A stretch of 64,000 nt of DNA. It comes from the human T2T-CHM13v2.0 reference genome, Homo sapiens. The DNA is taken from NCBI RefSeq assembly GCF_009914755.1, contig NC_060925.1, one strand, 5' to 3'. Shown here in pieces: positions 40,601 to 55,062 of this stretch; the first letter of the stretch is position 1; every line of letters starts with the position of its first letter. The translations under genes were made by a program, and so were the position numbers. A model generated the notes under the pieces. That model worked only from the letters and a program-made list of their open reading frames with translations, had not been told where the DNA came from and made no database searches.

Positions 40601-43600
40601 CTTCAAATGGAATGGAATGGAATCATCGCATAGAATCGAATGGAATTATCATCGAATGGAATCGAATGGAATCAACATCAAACGGAAAAAAACGGAATTA
40701 TCGAATGGAATCGAAGAGAATCATCGAATGGACCCGAATGGAATCATCTAATGGAATGGAATGGAATAATCCATGGACTCGAATGCAATCATCATCGAAT
40801 GGAATCAAATGGAATCATCGAATGGACTCGAATGGAATAATCATTGAACGGAATCGAATGGAATCATCATCGGATGGAAATGAATGGAATCATCATCGAA
40901 TGGAATCGAATAGAATTATGGAATGAAATCCAGTGTGATCATCATCGAATGGACCCGAATGGAATCATCAAACAACGGATGCTAATGGAATCAACATCGA
41001 ATGAATCAAATGGAAACACCATCGAATTGAAACGAATGGAATTACCATGAAATTGAAATGGATGGACTCATCATCGAATGGATTCGAAAGGAATCATCGA
41101 ATAAAATTGATTGAAATCATCATCGAATGGAATCGAATGGTATCATTGAATGGAATCGAATGGAATCATCATCAGATGGAAATGAATGGAATCGTCATAG
41201 AATGGAATCGAATGGATTCATTGAATGGAATCAGATGGAATCATCGAATGGACTGGAATGGAATCATTGAATGGACTCGAAAGAGATCATGATTGAATGG
41301 AATTGAATGGAATCATCGAATGGTCTCGATTGGAATCATTATCAAATGGAATCGAATGGAATCACCGAATAGAATCGAATGGAACAATCATCGAATGGAC
41401 TCAAATGGAATTATCCTCCAATGGAATCGAATGGAATTATCGAATGCAATCGAATGGAATTATCGAATGCAATCGAATAGAATCATCGAATGGACTCGAA
41501 TGGAATCATCGAATGGAATGGAATGGAACAGTCAATGAACTCGAATGGAATCATCATTGAATGGAATCGAATGGAATCATCGAGTGGAATCGAATGGAAT
41601 TATGATCAAATGGAATCGAATGTAATCATCATCAAATGGAATCAAAAATAACCATCATCAATTGGTATTGAATGGAATTGTCATCAAATGGAATTCAAAG
41701 GAAACATCATCAAATGGAACCGAATGGAATCCTCATTGAATGGAAATGAAAGGGGTCATCATCTAATGGAATCGCATGGAATCATCATCAAATGGAATCG
41801 AATGGAATCATCATGAAATGGAATCTAATGGAATCATTGAACAGAATTGAATGGAATCGTCATCGAATGAATTGAATGCAATCATCGAATGGTCTCGAAT
41901 GGAACCATCTTCTAATGGAAAGGAATGGAATCATCGCATAGAATCGAATGGAATTATCATCGAATGGAATCGAATGGTATCAACACCAAACGGAAAAAAA
42001 CGGAATTATCGAATGGAATCGAAGAGAATCTTCGAACGGACCCGAATGGAATCATCTAATGGAATGGAATGGAATAATCCATGGACTCGAATGCAATCAT
42101 CATCGAATGGAATCGAATGGAATCATCGAATGGACTCGAATGGAATAATCATTGAACGGAATCGAATGGAATCATCATCGGATGGAAACGAATGGAATCA
42201 TCATCGAATGGAAATGAAAGGAGTCATCATCTAATAGAATTGCATGGAATCATCATAAAATGGAATCGAATGGAATCAACATCAAATGGAATCAAATGGA
42301 ATCATTGAACGGAATTGAATGGAATCGTCATCGAATGAATTGACTGCAATCATCGAATGGTCTCGAATGGAATCATCTTCAAATGGAATGGAATGGAATC
42401 ATCGCATAGAATCGAATGGAATTATCATCGAATGGAATCGAATGGAATCAACATCAAACGGAAAAAAACGGAATTATCGAATGGAATCGAAGAGAATCAT
42501 CGAATGGACCCGAATGGAATCATCTAATGGAATGGAATGGAATAATCCATGGACTCGAATGCAATCATCATCGAATGGAATCGAATGGAATCATCGAATG
42601 GACTCGAATGGAATAATCATTGAACGGAATCGAATGGAATCATCATCGGATGGAAATGAAAGGAGTCATCATCTAATGGAATTGCATGGAATCATCATAA
42701 AATGGAATCGAATGGAATCAACATCAAATGGAATCAAATGGAATCATTGAACGGAATTGAATGGAATCGTCATCGAATGAATTGAATGCAATCATCGAAT
42801 GGTCTCGAATGGAATCATCTTCAAATGGAATGGAATGGAATCATCGCATAGAATCGAATGGAATTATCATCGAATGGAATCGAATGGAATCAACATCAAA
42901 CGGAAAAAAACGGAATTATCGAATGGAATCGAAGAGAATCATCGAATGGACCCGAATGGAATCATCTAATGGAATGGAATGGAATAATCCATGGACTCGA
43001 ATGCAATCATCATCGAATGGAATCAAATGGAATCATCGAATGGACTCGAATGGAATAATCATTGAACGGAATCGAATGGAATCATCATCGGATGGAAATG
43101 AATGGAATCATCATCGAATGGAATCGAATAGAATTATGGAATGAAATCCAGTGTGATCATCATCGAATGGACCCGAATGGAATCATCATCCAACGGATGC
43201 TAATGGAATCAACATCGAATGAATCAAATGGAAACACTATCGAATTGAAACGAATGGAATTACCATGAAATTGAAATGGATGGACTCATCATCGAATGTA
43301 TTCGAAAGGAATCATCGAATAAAATTGATTGAAATCATCATCGAATGGAATCGAATGGTATCATTGAATGGAATCGAATGGAATCATCATCAGATGGAAA
43401 TGAATGGAATCGTCATAGAATGGAATCGAATGGATTCATTGAATGGAATCAGATGGAATCATCGAATGGACTGGAATGGAATCATTGAATGGACTCGAAA
43501 GAGATCATGATTGAATGGAATTGAATGGAATCATCGAATGGTCTCGATTTGAATCATTATCAAATGGAATCGAATGGAATCACCGAATAGAATCGAATGG

Positions 43601-44068
43601 AACAATCATCGAATGGACTCAAATGGAATTATCCTCCAATGGAATCGAATGGAATTATCGAATGCAATCGAATGGAATTATCGAATGCAATCGAATAGAA
43701 TCATCGAATGGACTCGAATGGAATCATCGAATGGAATGGAATGGAACAGTCAATGAACTCGAATGGAATCATCATTGAATGGAATCGAATGGAATCATCG
43801 AGTGGAATCGAATGGAATTATGATCAAATGGAATCGAATGTAATCATCATCAAATGGAATCAAAAATAACCATCATCAATTGGTATTGAATGGAATTGTC
43901 ATCAAATGGAATTCAAAGGAAACATCATCAAATGGAACCGAATGGAATCCTCATTGAATGGAAATGAAAGGGGTCATCATCTAATGGAATCGCATGGAAT
44001 CATCATCAAATGGAATCGAATGGAATCATCATCAAATGAAATCTAATGGAATCATTGAACAGAATTGA
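19671..44068 (+). repeat. 11 consecutive 2218-bp units (A 468 + B' 442 + B/core 1308)
   Basis: A-module starts 19671, 21889, 24107, 26325, 28543, 30761, 32979, 35197, 37415, 39633, 41851, 44069 are exactly 2218 apart. Confidence 0.95.
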
Positions 44069-47000
44069 ATGGAATCGTCATCGAATGAATTGAATGCAAT
44101 CATCGAATGGTCTCGAATGGAACCATCTTCTAATGGAAAGGAATGGAATCATCGCATAGAATCGAATGGAATTGTCATCGAATGGAATCGAATGGTATCA
44201 ACACCAAACGGAAAAAAACGGAATTATCGAATGGAATCGAAGAGAATCTTCGAACGGACCCGAATGGAATCATCTAATGGAATGGAATGGAATAATCCAT
44301 GGACTCGAATGCAATCATCATCGAATGGAATCGAATGGAATCATCGAATGGACTCGAATGAAATAATCATTGAACGGAATCGAATGGAATCATCATCGGA
44401 TGGAAACGAATGGAATCATCATCGAATGGAAATGAAAGGAGTCATCATCTAATGGAATTGCATGGAATCATCATAAAATGGAATCGAATGGAATCAACAT
44501 CAAATGGAATCAAATGGAATCATTGAACGGAATTGAATGGAATCGTCATCGAATGAATTGAATGCAATCATCGAATGGTCTCGAATGGAATCATCTTCAA
44601 ATGGAATGGAATGGAATCATCGCATAGAATCGAATGGAATTATCATCGAATGGAATCGAATGGAATCAACATCAAACGGAAAAAAACGGAATTATCGAAT
44701 GGAATCGAAGAGAATCATCGAATGGACCCGAATGGAATCATCTAATGGAATGGAATGGAATAATCCATGGACTCGAATGCAATCATCATCGAATGGAATC
44801 GAATGGAATCATCCAATGGACTCGAATGGAATAATCATTGAACGGAATCGAATGGAATCATCATCGTATGGAAATGAATGGAATCATCATCGAATGGAAT
44901 CGAATAGAATTATGGAATGAAATCCAGTGTGATCATCATCGAATGGACCCGAATGGAATCATCATCCAACGGATGCTAATGGAATCAACATCGAATGAAT
45001 CAAATGGAAACACCATCGAATTGAAACGAATGGAATTACCATGAAATTGAAATGGATGGACTCATCATCGAATGGATTTGAAAGGAATCATCGTATAAAA
45101 TTGATTGAAATCATCATCGAATGGAATCGAATGGTATCATTGAATGGAATCGAATGGAATCATCATCAGATGGAAATGAATGGAATCGTCATAGAATGGA
45201 ATCGAATGGATTCATTGAATGGAATCAGATGGAATCATCGAATGGACTGGAATGGAATCATTGAATGGACTCGAAAGAGATCATGATTGAATGGAATTGA
45301 ATGGAATCATCGAATGGTCTCGATTGGAATCATTATCAAATGGAATCGAATGGAATCACCGAATAGAATCGAATGGAACAATCATCGAATGGACTCAAAT
45401 GGAATTATCCTCCAATGGAATCGAATGGAATTATCGAATGCAATCGAATGGAATTATCGAATGCAATCGAATAGAATCATCGAATGGACTCGAATGGAAT
45501 CATCGAATGGAATGGAATGGAACAGTCAATGAACTCGAATGGAATCATCATTGAATGGAATCGAATGGAATCATCGAGTGGAATCGAATGGAATTATGAT
45601 CAAATGGAATCGAATGTAATCATCATCAAATGGAATCAAAAATAACCATCATCAATTGGTATTGAATGGAATTGTCATCAAATGGAATTCAAAGGAAACA
45701 TCATCAAATGGAACCGAATGGAATCCTCATTGAATGGAAATGAAAGGGGTCATCATCTAATGGAATCGCATGGAATCATCATCAAATGGAATCGAATGGA
45801 ATCATCATCAAATGGAATCTAATGGAATCATTGAACAGAATTGAATGGAATCGTCATCGAATGAATTGAATGCAATCATCGAATGGTCTCGAATGGAACC
45901 ATCTTCTAATGGAAAGGAATGGAATCATCGCATAGAATCGAATGGAATTATCATCGAATGGAATCGAATGGTATCAACACCAAACGGAAAAAAACGGAAT
46001 TATCGAATGGAATCGAAGAGAATCTTCGAACGGACCCGAATGGAATCATCTAATGGAATGGAATGGAATAATCCATGGACTCGAATGCAATGATCATCGA
46101 ATGGAATCGAATGGAATCATCGAATGGACTCGAATGAAATAATCATTGAACGGAATCGAATGGAATCATCATCGGATGGAAATGAAAGGAGTCATCATCT
46201 AATGGAATTGCATGGAATCATCATAAAATGGAATCGAATGGAATCAACATCAAATGGAATCAAATGGAATCATTGAACGGAATTGAATGGAATCGTCATC
46301 GAATGAATTGAATGCAATCATCGAATGGTCTCGAATGGAATCATCTTCAAATGGAATGGAATGGAATCATCGCATAGAATCGAATGGAATTATCATCGAA
46401 TGGAATCGAATGGAATCAACATCAAACGGAAAAAAACGGAATTATCGAATGGAATCGAAGAGAATCATCGAATGGACCCGAATGGAATCATCTAATGGAA
46501 TGGAATGGAATAATCCATGGACTCGAATGCAATCATCATCGAATGGAATCGAATGGAATCATCCAATGGACTCGAATGGAATAATCATTGAACGGAATCG
46601 AATGGAATCATCATCGTATGGAAATGAATGGAATCATCATCGAATGGAATCGAATAGAATTATGGAATGAAATCCAGTGTGATCATCATCGAATGGACCC
46701 GAATGGAATCATCATCCAACGGATGCTAATGGAATCAACATCGAATGAATCAAATGGAAACACCATCGAATTGAAACGAATGGAATTACCATGAAATTGA
46801 AATGGATGGACTCATCATCGAATGGATTTGAAAGGAATCATCGAATAAAATTGATTGAAATCATCATCGAATGGAATCGAATGGTATCATTGAATGGAAT
46901 CGAATGGAATCATCATCAGATGGAAATGAATGGAATCGTCATAGAATGGAATCGAATGGATTCATTGAATGGAATCAGATGGAATCATCGAATGGACTGG

Positions 47001-50000
47001 AATGGAATCATTGAATGGACTCGAAAGAGATCATGATTGAATGGAATTGAATGGAATCATCGAATGGTCTCGATTGGAATCATTATCAAATGGAATCGAA
47101 TGGAATCACCGAATAGAATCGAATGGAACAATCATCGAATGGACTCAAATGGAATTATCTTCCAATGGAATCGAATGGAATTATCGAATGCAATCGAATG
47201 GAATTATCGAATGCAATCGAATAGAATCATCGAATGGACTCGAATGGAATCATCGAATGGAATGGAATGGAACAGTCAATGAACTCGAATGGAATCATCA
47301 TTGAATGGAATCGAATGGAATCATCGAGTGGAATCGAATGGAATTATGATCAAATGGAATCGAATGTAATCATCATCAAATGGAATCAAAAATAACCATC
47401 ATCAATTGGTATTGAATGGAATTGTCATCAAATGGAATTCAAAGGAAACATCATCAAATGGAACCGAATGGAATCCTCATTGAATGGAAATGAAAGGGGT
47501 CATCATCTAATGGAATCGCATGGAATCATCATCAAATGGAATCGAATGGAATCATCATCAAATGGAATCTAATGGAATCATTGAACAGAATTGAATGGAA
47601 TCGTCATCGAATGAATTGAATGCAATCATCGAATGGTCTCGAATGGAACCATCTTCTAATGGAAAGGAATGGAATCATCACATAGCATCGAATGGAATTA
47701 TCATCGAATGGAATCGAATGGTATCAACACCAAACGGAAAAAAACGGAATTATCGAATGGAATCGAAGAGAATCTTCGAACGGACCCGAATGGAATCATC
47801 TAATGGAATGGAATGGAATAATCCATGGACTCGAATGCAATGATCATCGAATGGAATCGAATGGAATCATCGAATGGACTCGAATGAAATAATCATTGAA
47901 CGGAATCGAATGGAATCATCATCGGATGGAAATGAAAGGAGTCATCATCTAATGGAATTGCATGGAATCATCATAAAATGGAATCGAATGGAATCAACAT
48001 CAAATGGAATCAAATGGAATCATTGAACGGAATTGAATGGAATCGTCATCGAATGAATTGAATGCAATCATCGAATGGTCTCGAATGGAATCATCTTCAA
48101 ATGGAATGGAATGGAATCATCGCATAGAATCGAATGGAATTATCATCGAATGGAATCGAATGGAATCAACATCAAACGGAAAAAAACGGAATTATCGAAT
48201 GGAATCGAAGAGAATCATCGAATGGACCCGAATGGAATCATCTAATGGAATGGAATGGAATAATCCATGGACTCGAATGCAATCATCATCGAATGGAATC
48301 GAATGGAATCATCCAATGGACTCGAATGGAATAATCATTGAACGGAATCGAATGGAATCATCATCGGATGGAAATGAATGGAATCATCATCGAATGGAAT
48401 CGAATAGAATTATGGAATGAAATCCAGTGTGATCATCATCGAATGGACCCGAATGGAATCATCATCCAACGGATGCTAATGGAATCAACATCGAATGAAT
48501 CAAATGGAAACACCATCGAATTGAAACGAATGGAATTACCATGAAATTGAAATGGATGGACTCATCATCGAATGGATTTGAAAGGAATCATCGAATAAAA
48601 TTGATTGAAATCATCATCGAATGGAATCGAATGGTATCATTGAATGGAATCGAATGGAATCATCATCAGATGGAAATGAATGGAATCGTCATAGAATGGA
48701 ATCGAATGGATTCATTGAATGGAATCAGATGGAATCATCGAATGGACTGGAATGGAATCATTGAATGGACTCGAAAGAGATCATGATTGAATGGAATTGA
48801 ATGGAATCATCGAATGGTCTCGATTGGAATCATTATCAAATGGAATCGAATGGAATCACCGAATAGAATCGAATGGAACAATCATCGAATGGACTCAAAT
48901 GGAATTATCCTCCAATGGAATCGAATGGAATTATCGAATGCAATCGAATGGAATTATCGAATGCAAACGAATAGAATCATCGAATGGACTCGAATGGAAT
49001 CATCGAATGGAATGGAATGGAACAGTCAATGAACTCGAATGGAATCATCATTGAATGGAATCGAATGGAATCATCGAGTGGAATCGAATGGAATTATGAT
49101 CAAATGGAATCGAATGTAATCATCATCAAATGGAATCAAAAATAACCATCATCAATTGGTATTGAATGGAATTGTCATCAAATGGAATTCAAAGGAAACA
49201 TCATCAAATGGAACCGAATGGAATCCTCATTGAATGGAAATGAAAGGGGTCATCATCTAATGGAATCGCATGGAATCATCATCAAATGGAATCGAATGGA
49301 ATCATCATGAAATGGAATCTAATGGAATCATTGAACAGAATTGAATGGAATCGTCATCGAATGAATTGAATGCAATCATCGAATGGTCTCGAATGGAACC
49401 ATCTTCTAATGGAAAGGAATGGAATCATCGCATAGAATCGAATGGAATTATCATCGAATGGAATCGAATGGTATCAACACCAAACGGAAAAAAACGGAAT
49501 TATCGAATGGAATCGAAGAGAATCTTCGAACGGACCCGAATGGAATCATCTAATGGAATGGAATGGAATAATCCATGGACTCGAATGCAATCATCATCGA
49601 ATGGAATCGAATGGAATCATCGAATGGACTCGAATGGAATAATCATTGAACGGAATCGAATGGAATCATCATCGGATGGAAACGAATGGAATCATCATCG
49701 AATGGAAATGAAAGGAGTCATCATCTAATGGAATTGCATGGAATCATCATAAAATGGAATCGAATGGAATCAACATCAAATGGAATCAAATGGAATCATT
49801 GAACGGAATTGAATGGAATCGTCATCGAATGAATTGAATGCAATCATCGAATGGTCTCGAATGGAATCATCTTCAAATGGAATGGAATGGAATCATCGCA
49901 TAGAATCGAATGAAATTATCATCGAATGGAATCGAATGGAATCAACATCAAACGGAAAAAAACGGAATTATCGAATGGAATCGAAGAGAATCATCGAATG

Positions 50001-53000
50001 GACCTGAATGGAATCATCTAATGGAATGGAATGGAATAATCCATGGACTCGAATGCAATCATCATCGAATGGAATCGAATGGAATCATCGAATGGACTCG
50101 AATGGAATAATCATTGAACGGAATCGAATGGAATCATCATCGGATGGAAATGAAAGGAGTCATCATCTAATGGAATTGCATGGAATCATCATAAAATGGA
50201 ATCGAATGGAATCAACATCAAATGGAATCAAATGGAATCATTGAACGGAATTGAATGGAATCGTCATCGAATGAATTGAATGCAATCATCGAATGGTCTC
50301 GAATGGAATCATCTTCAAATGGAATGGAATGGAATCATCGCATAGAATCGAATGGAATTATCATCGAATGGAATCGAATGGAATCAACATCAAACGGAAA
50401 AAAACGGAATTATCGAATGGAATCGAAGAGAATCATCGAATGGACCCGAATGGAATCATCTAATGGAATGGAATGGAATAATCCATGGACTCGAATGCAA
50501 TCATCATCGAATGGAATCAAATGGAATCATCGAATGGACTCGAATGGAATAATCATTGAACGGAATCGAATGGAATCATCATCGGATGGAAATGAATGGA
50601 ATCATCATCGAATGGAATCGAATAGAATTATGGAATGAAATCCAGTGTGATCATCATCGAATGGACCCGAATGGAATCATCATCCAACGGATGCTAATGG
50701 AATCAACATCGAATGAATCAAATGGAAACACCATCGAATTGAAACGAATGGAATTACCATGAAATTGAAATGGATGGACTCATCATCGAATGGATTCGAA
50801 AGGAATCATCGAATAAAATTGATTGAAATCATCATCGAATGGAATCGAATGGTATCATTGAATGGAATCGAATGGAATCATCATCAGATGGAAATGAATG
50901 GAATCGTCATAGAATGGAATCGAATGGATTCATTGAATGGAATCAGATGGAATCATCGAATGGACTGGAATGGAATCATTGAATGGACTCGAAAGAGATC
51001 ATGATTGAATGGAATTGAATGGAATCATCGAATGGTCTCGATTGGAATCATTATCAAATGGAATCGAATGGAATCACCGAATAGAATCGAATGGAACAAT
51101 CATCGAATGGACTCAAATGGAATTATCCTCCAATGGAATCGAATGGAATTATCGAATGCAATCGAATGGAATTATCGAATGCAATCGAATAGAATCATCG
51201 AATGGACTCGAATGGAATCATCGAATGGAATGGAATGGAACAGTCAATGAACTCGAATGGAATCATCATTGAATGGAATCGAATGGAATCATCGAGTGGA
51301 ATCGAATGGAATTATGATCAAATGGAATCGAATGTAATCATCATCAAATGGAATCAAAAATAACCATCATCAATTGGTATTGAATGGAATTGTCATCAAA
51401 TGGAATTCAAAGGAAACATCATCAAATGGAACCGAATGGAATCCTCATTGAATGGAAATGAAAGGGGTCATCATCTAATGGAATCGCATGGAATCATCAT
51501 CAAATGGAATCGAATGGAATCATCATCAAATGGAATCTAATGGAATCATTGAACAGAATTGAATGGAATCGTCATCGAATGAATTGAATGCAATCATCGA
51601 ATGGTCTCGAATGGAACCATCTTCTAATGGAAAGGAATGGAATCATCGCATAGAATCGAATGGAATTATCATCGAATGGAATCGAATGGTATCAACACCA
51701 AACGGAAAAAAACGGAATTATCGAATGGAATCGAAGAGAATCTTCGAACGGACCTGAATGGAATCATCTAATGGAATGGAATGGAATAATCCATGGACTC
51801 GAATGCAATGATCATCGAATGGAATCGAATGGAATCATCGAATGGACTCGAATGAAATAATCATTGAACGGAATCGAATGGAATCATCATCGGATGGAAA
51901 TGAAAGGAGTCATCATCTAATGGAATTGCATGGAATCATCATAAAATGGAATCGAATGGAATCAACATCAAATGGAATCAAATGGAATCATTGAACGGAA
52001 TTGAATGGAATCGTCATCGAATGAATTGAATGCAATCATCGAATGGTCTCGAATGGAATCATCTTCAAATGGAATGGAATGGAATCATCGCATAGAATCG
52101 AATGGAATTATCATCGAATGGAATCGAATGGAATCAACATCAAACGGAAAAAAACGGAATTATCGAATGGAATCGAAGAGAATCATCGAATGGACCCGAA
52201 TGGAATCATCTAATGGAATGGAATGGAATAATCCATGGACTCGAATGCAATCATCATCGAATGGAATCGAATGGAATCATCCAATGGACTCGAATGGAAT
52301 AATCATTGAACGGAATCGAATGGAATCATCATCGGATGGAAATGAATGGAATCATCATCGAATGGAATCGAATAGAATTATGGAATGAAATCCAGTGTGA
52401 TCATCATCGAATGGACCCGAATGGAATCATCATCCAACGGATGCTAATGGAATCAACATCGAATGAATCAAATGGAAACACCATCGAATTGAAACGAATG
52501 GAATTACCATGAAATTGAAATGGATGGACTCATCATCGAATGGATTCGAAAGGAATCATCGAATAAAATTGATTGAAATCATCATCGAATGGAATCGAAT
52601 GGTATCATTGAATGGAATCGAATGGAATCATCATCAGATGGAAATGAATGGAATCGTCATAGAATGGAATCGAATGGATTCATTGAATGGAATCAGATGG
52701 AATCATCGAATGGACTGGAATGGAATCATTGAATGGACTCGAAAGAGATCATGATTGAATGGAATTGAATGGAATCATCGAATGGTCTCGATTGGAATCA
52801 TTATCAAATGGAATCGAATGGAATCACCGAATAGAATCGAATGGAACAATCATCGAATGGACTCAAATGGAATTATCCTCCAATGGAATCGAATGGAATT
52901 ATCGAATGCAATCGAATGGAATTATCGAATGCAATCGAATAGAATCATCGAATGGACTCGAATGGAATCATCGAATGGAATGGAATGGAACAGTCAATGA

Positions 53001-55062
53001 ACTCGAATGGAATCATCATTGAATGGAATCGAATGGAATCATCGAGTGGAATCGAATGGAATTATGATCAAATGGAATCGAATGTAATCATCATCAAATG
53101 GAATCAAAAATAACCATCATCAATTGGTATTGAATGGAATTGTCATCAAATGGAATTCAAAGGAAACATCATCAAATGGAACCGAATGGAATCCTCATTG
53201 AATGGAAATGAAAGGGGTCATCATCTAATGGAATCGCATGGAATCATCATCAAATGGAATCGAATGGAATCATCATCAAATGGAATCTAATGGAATCATT
53301 GAACAGAATTGAATGGAATCGTCATCGAATGAATTGAATGCAATCATCGAATGGTCTCGAATGGAACCATCTTCTAATGGAAAGGAATGGAATCATTGCA
53401 TAGAATCGAATGGAATTATCATCGAATGGAATCGAATGGTATCAACACCAAACGGAAAAAAACGGAATTATCGAATGGAATCGAAGAGAATCTTCGAACG
53501 GACCCGAATGGAATCATCTAATGGAATGGAATGGAATAATCCATGGACTCGAATGCAATGATCATCGAATGGAATCGAATGGAATCATCGAATGGACTCG
53601 AATGAAATAATCATTGAACGGAATCGAATGGAATCATCATCGGATGGAAATGAAAGGAGTCATCATCTAATGGAATTGCATGGAATCATCATAAAATGGA
53701 ATCGAATGGAATCAACATCAAATGGAATCAAATGGAATCATTGAACGGAATTGAATGGAATCGTCATCGAATGAATTGAATGCAATCATCGAATGGTCTC
53801 GAATGGAATCACCTTCAAATGGAATGGAATGGAATCATCGCATAGAATCGAATGGAATTATCATCGAATGGAATCGAATGGAATCAACATCAAACGGAAA
53901 AAAACGGAATTATCGAATGGAATCGAAGAGAATCATCGAATGGACCCGAATGGAATCATCTAATGGAATGGAATGGAATAATCCATGGACTCGAATGCAA
54001 TCATCATCGAATGGAATCGAATGGAATCATCCAATGGACTCGAATGGAATAATCATTGAACGGAATCGAATGGAATCATCATCGGATGGAAATGAATGGA
54101 ATCATCATCGAATGGAATCGAATAGAATTATGGAATGAAATCCAGTGTGATCATCATCGAATGGACCCGAATGGAATCATCATCCAACGGATGCTAATGG
54201 AATCAACATCGAATGAATCAAATGGAAACACCATCGAATTGAAACGAATGGAATTACCATGAAATTGAAATGGATGGACTCATCATCGAATGGATTCGAA
54301 AGGAATCATCGAATAAAATTGATTGAAATCATCATCGAATGGAATCGAATGGTATCATTGAATGGAATCGAATGGAATCATCATCAGATGGAAATGAATG
54401 GAATCGTCATAGAATGGAATCGAATGGATTCATTGAATGGAATCAGATGGAATCATCGAATGGACTGGAATGGAATCATTGAATGGACTCGAAAGAGATC
54501 ATGATTGAATGGAATTGAATGGAATCATCGAATGGTCTCGATTGGAATCATTATCAAATGGAATCGAATGGAATCACCGAATAGAATCGAATGGAACAAT
54601 CATCGAATGGACTCAAATGGAATTATCCTCCAATGGAATCGAATGGAATTATCGAATGCAATCGAATGGAATTATCGAATGCAAACGAATAGAATCATCG
54701 AATGGACTCGAATGGAATCATCGAATGGAATGGAATGGAACAGTCAATGAACTCGAATAGAATCATCATTGAATGGAATCGAATGGAATCATCGAGTGGA
54801 ATCGAATGGAATTATGATCAAATGGAATCGAATGTAATCATCATCAAATGGAATCAAAAATAACCATCATCAATTGGTATTGAATGGAATTGTCATCAAA
54901 TGGAATTCAAAGGAAACATCATCAAATGGAACCGAATGGAATCCTCATTGAATGGAAATGAAAGGGGTCATCATCTAATGGAATCGCATGGAATCATCAT
55001 CAAATGGAATCGAATGGAATCATCATGAAATGGAATCTAATGGAATCATTGAACAGAATTGA
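44069..55062 (+). repeat. Mixed block of units: 1776, 1750, 1750, 2218, 1750, 1750 bp
   Basis: A-module starts 44069, 45845, 47595, 49345, 51563, 53313, 55063. Each 1750-bp unit is 442 + 1308. Confidence 0.92.
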
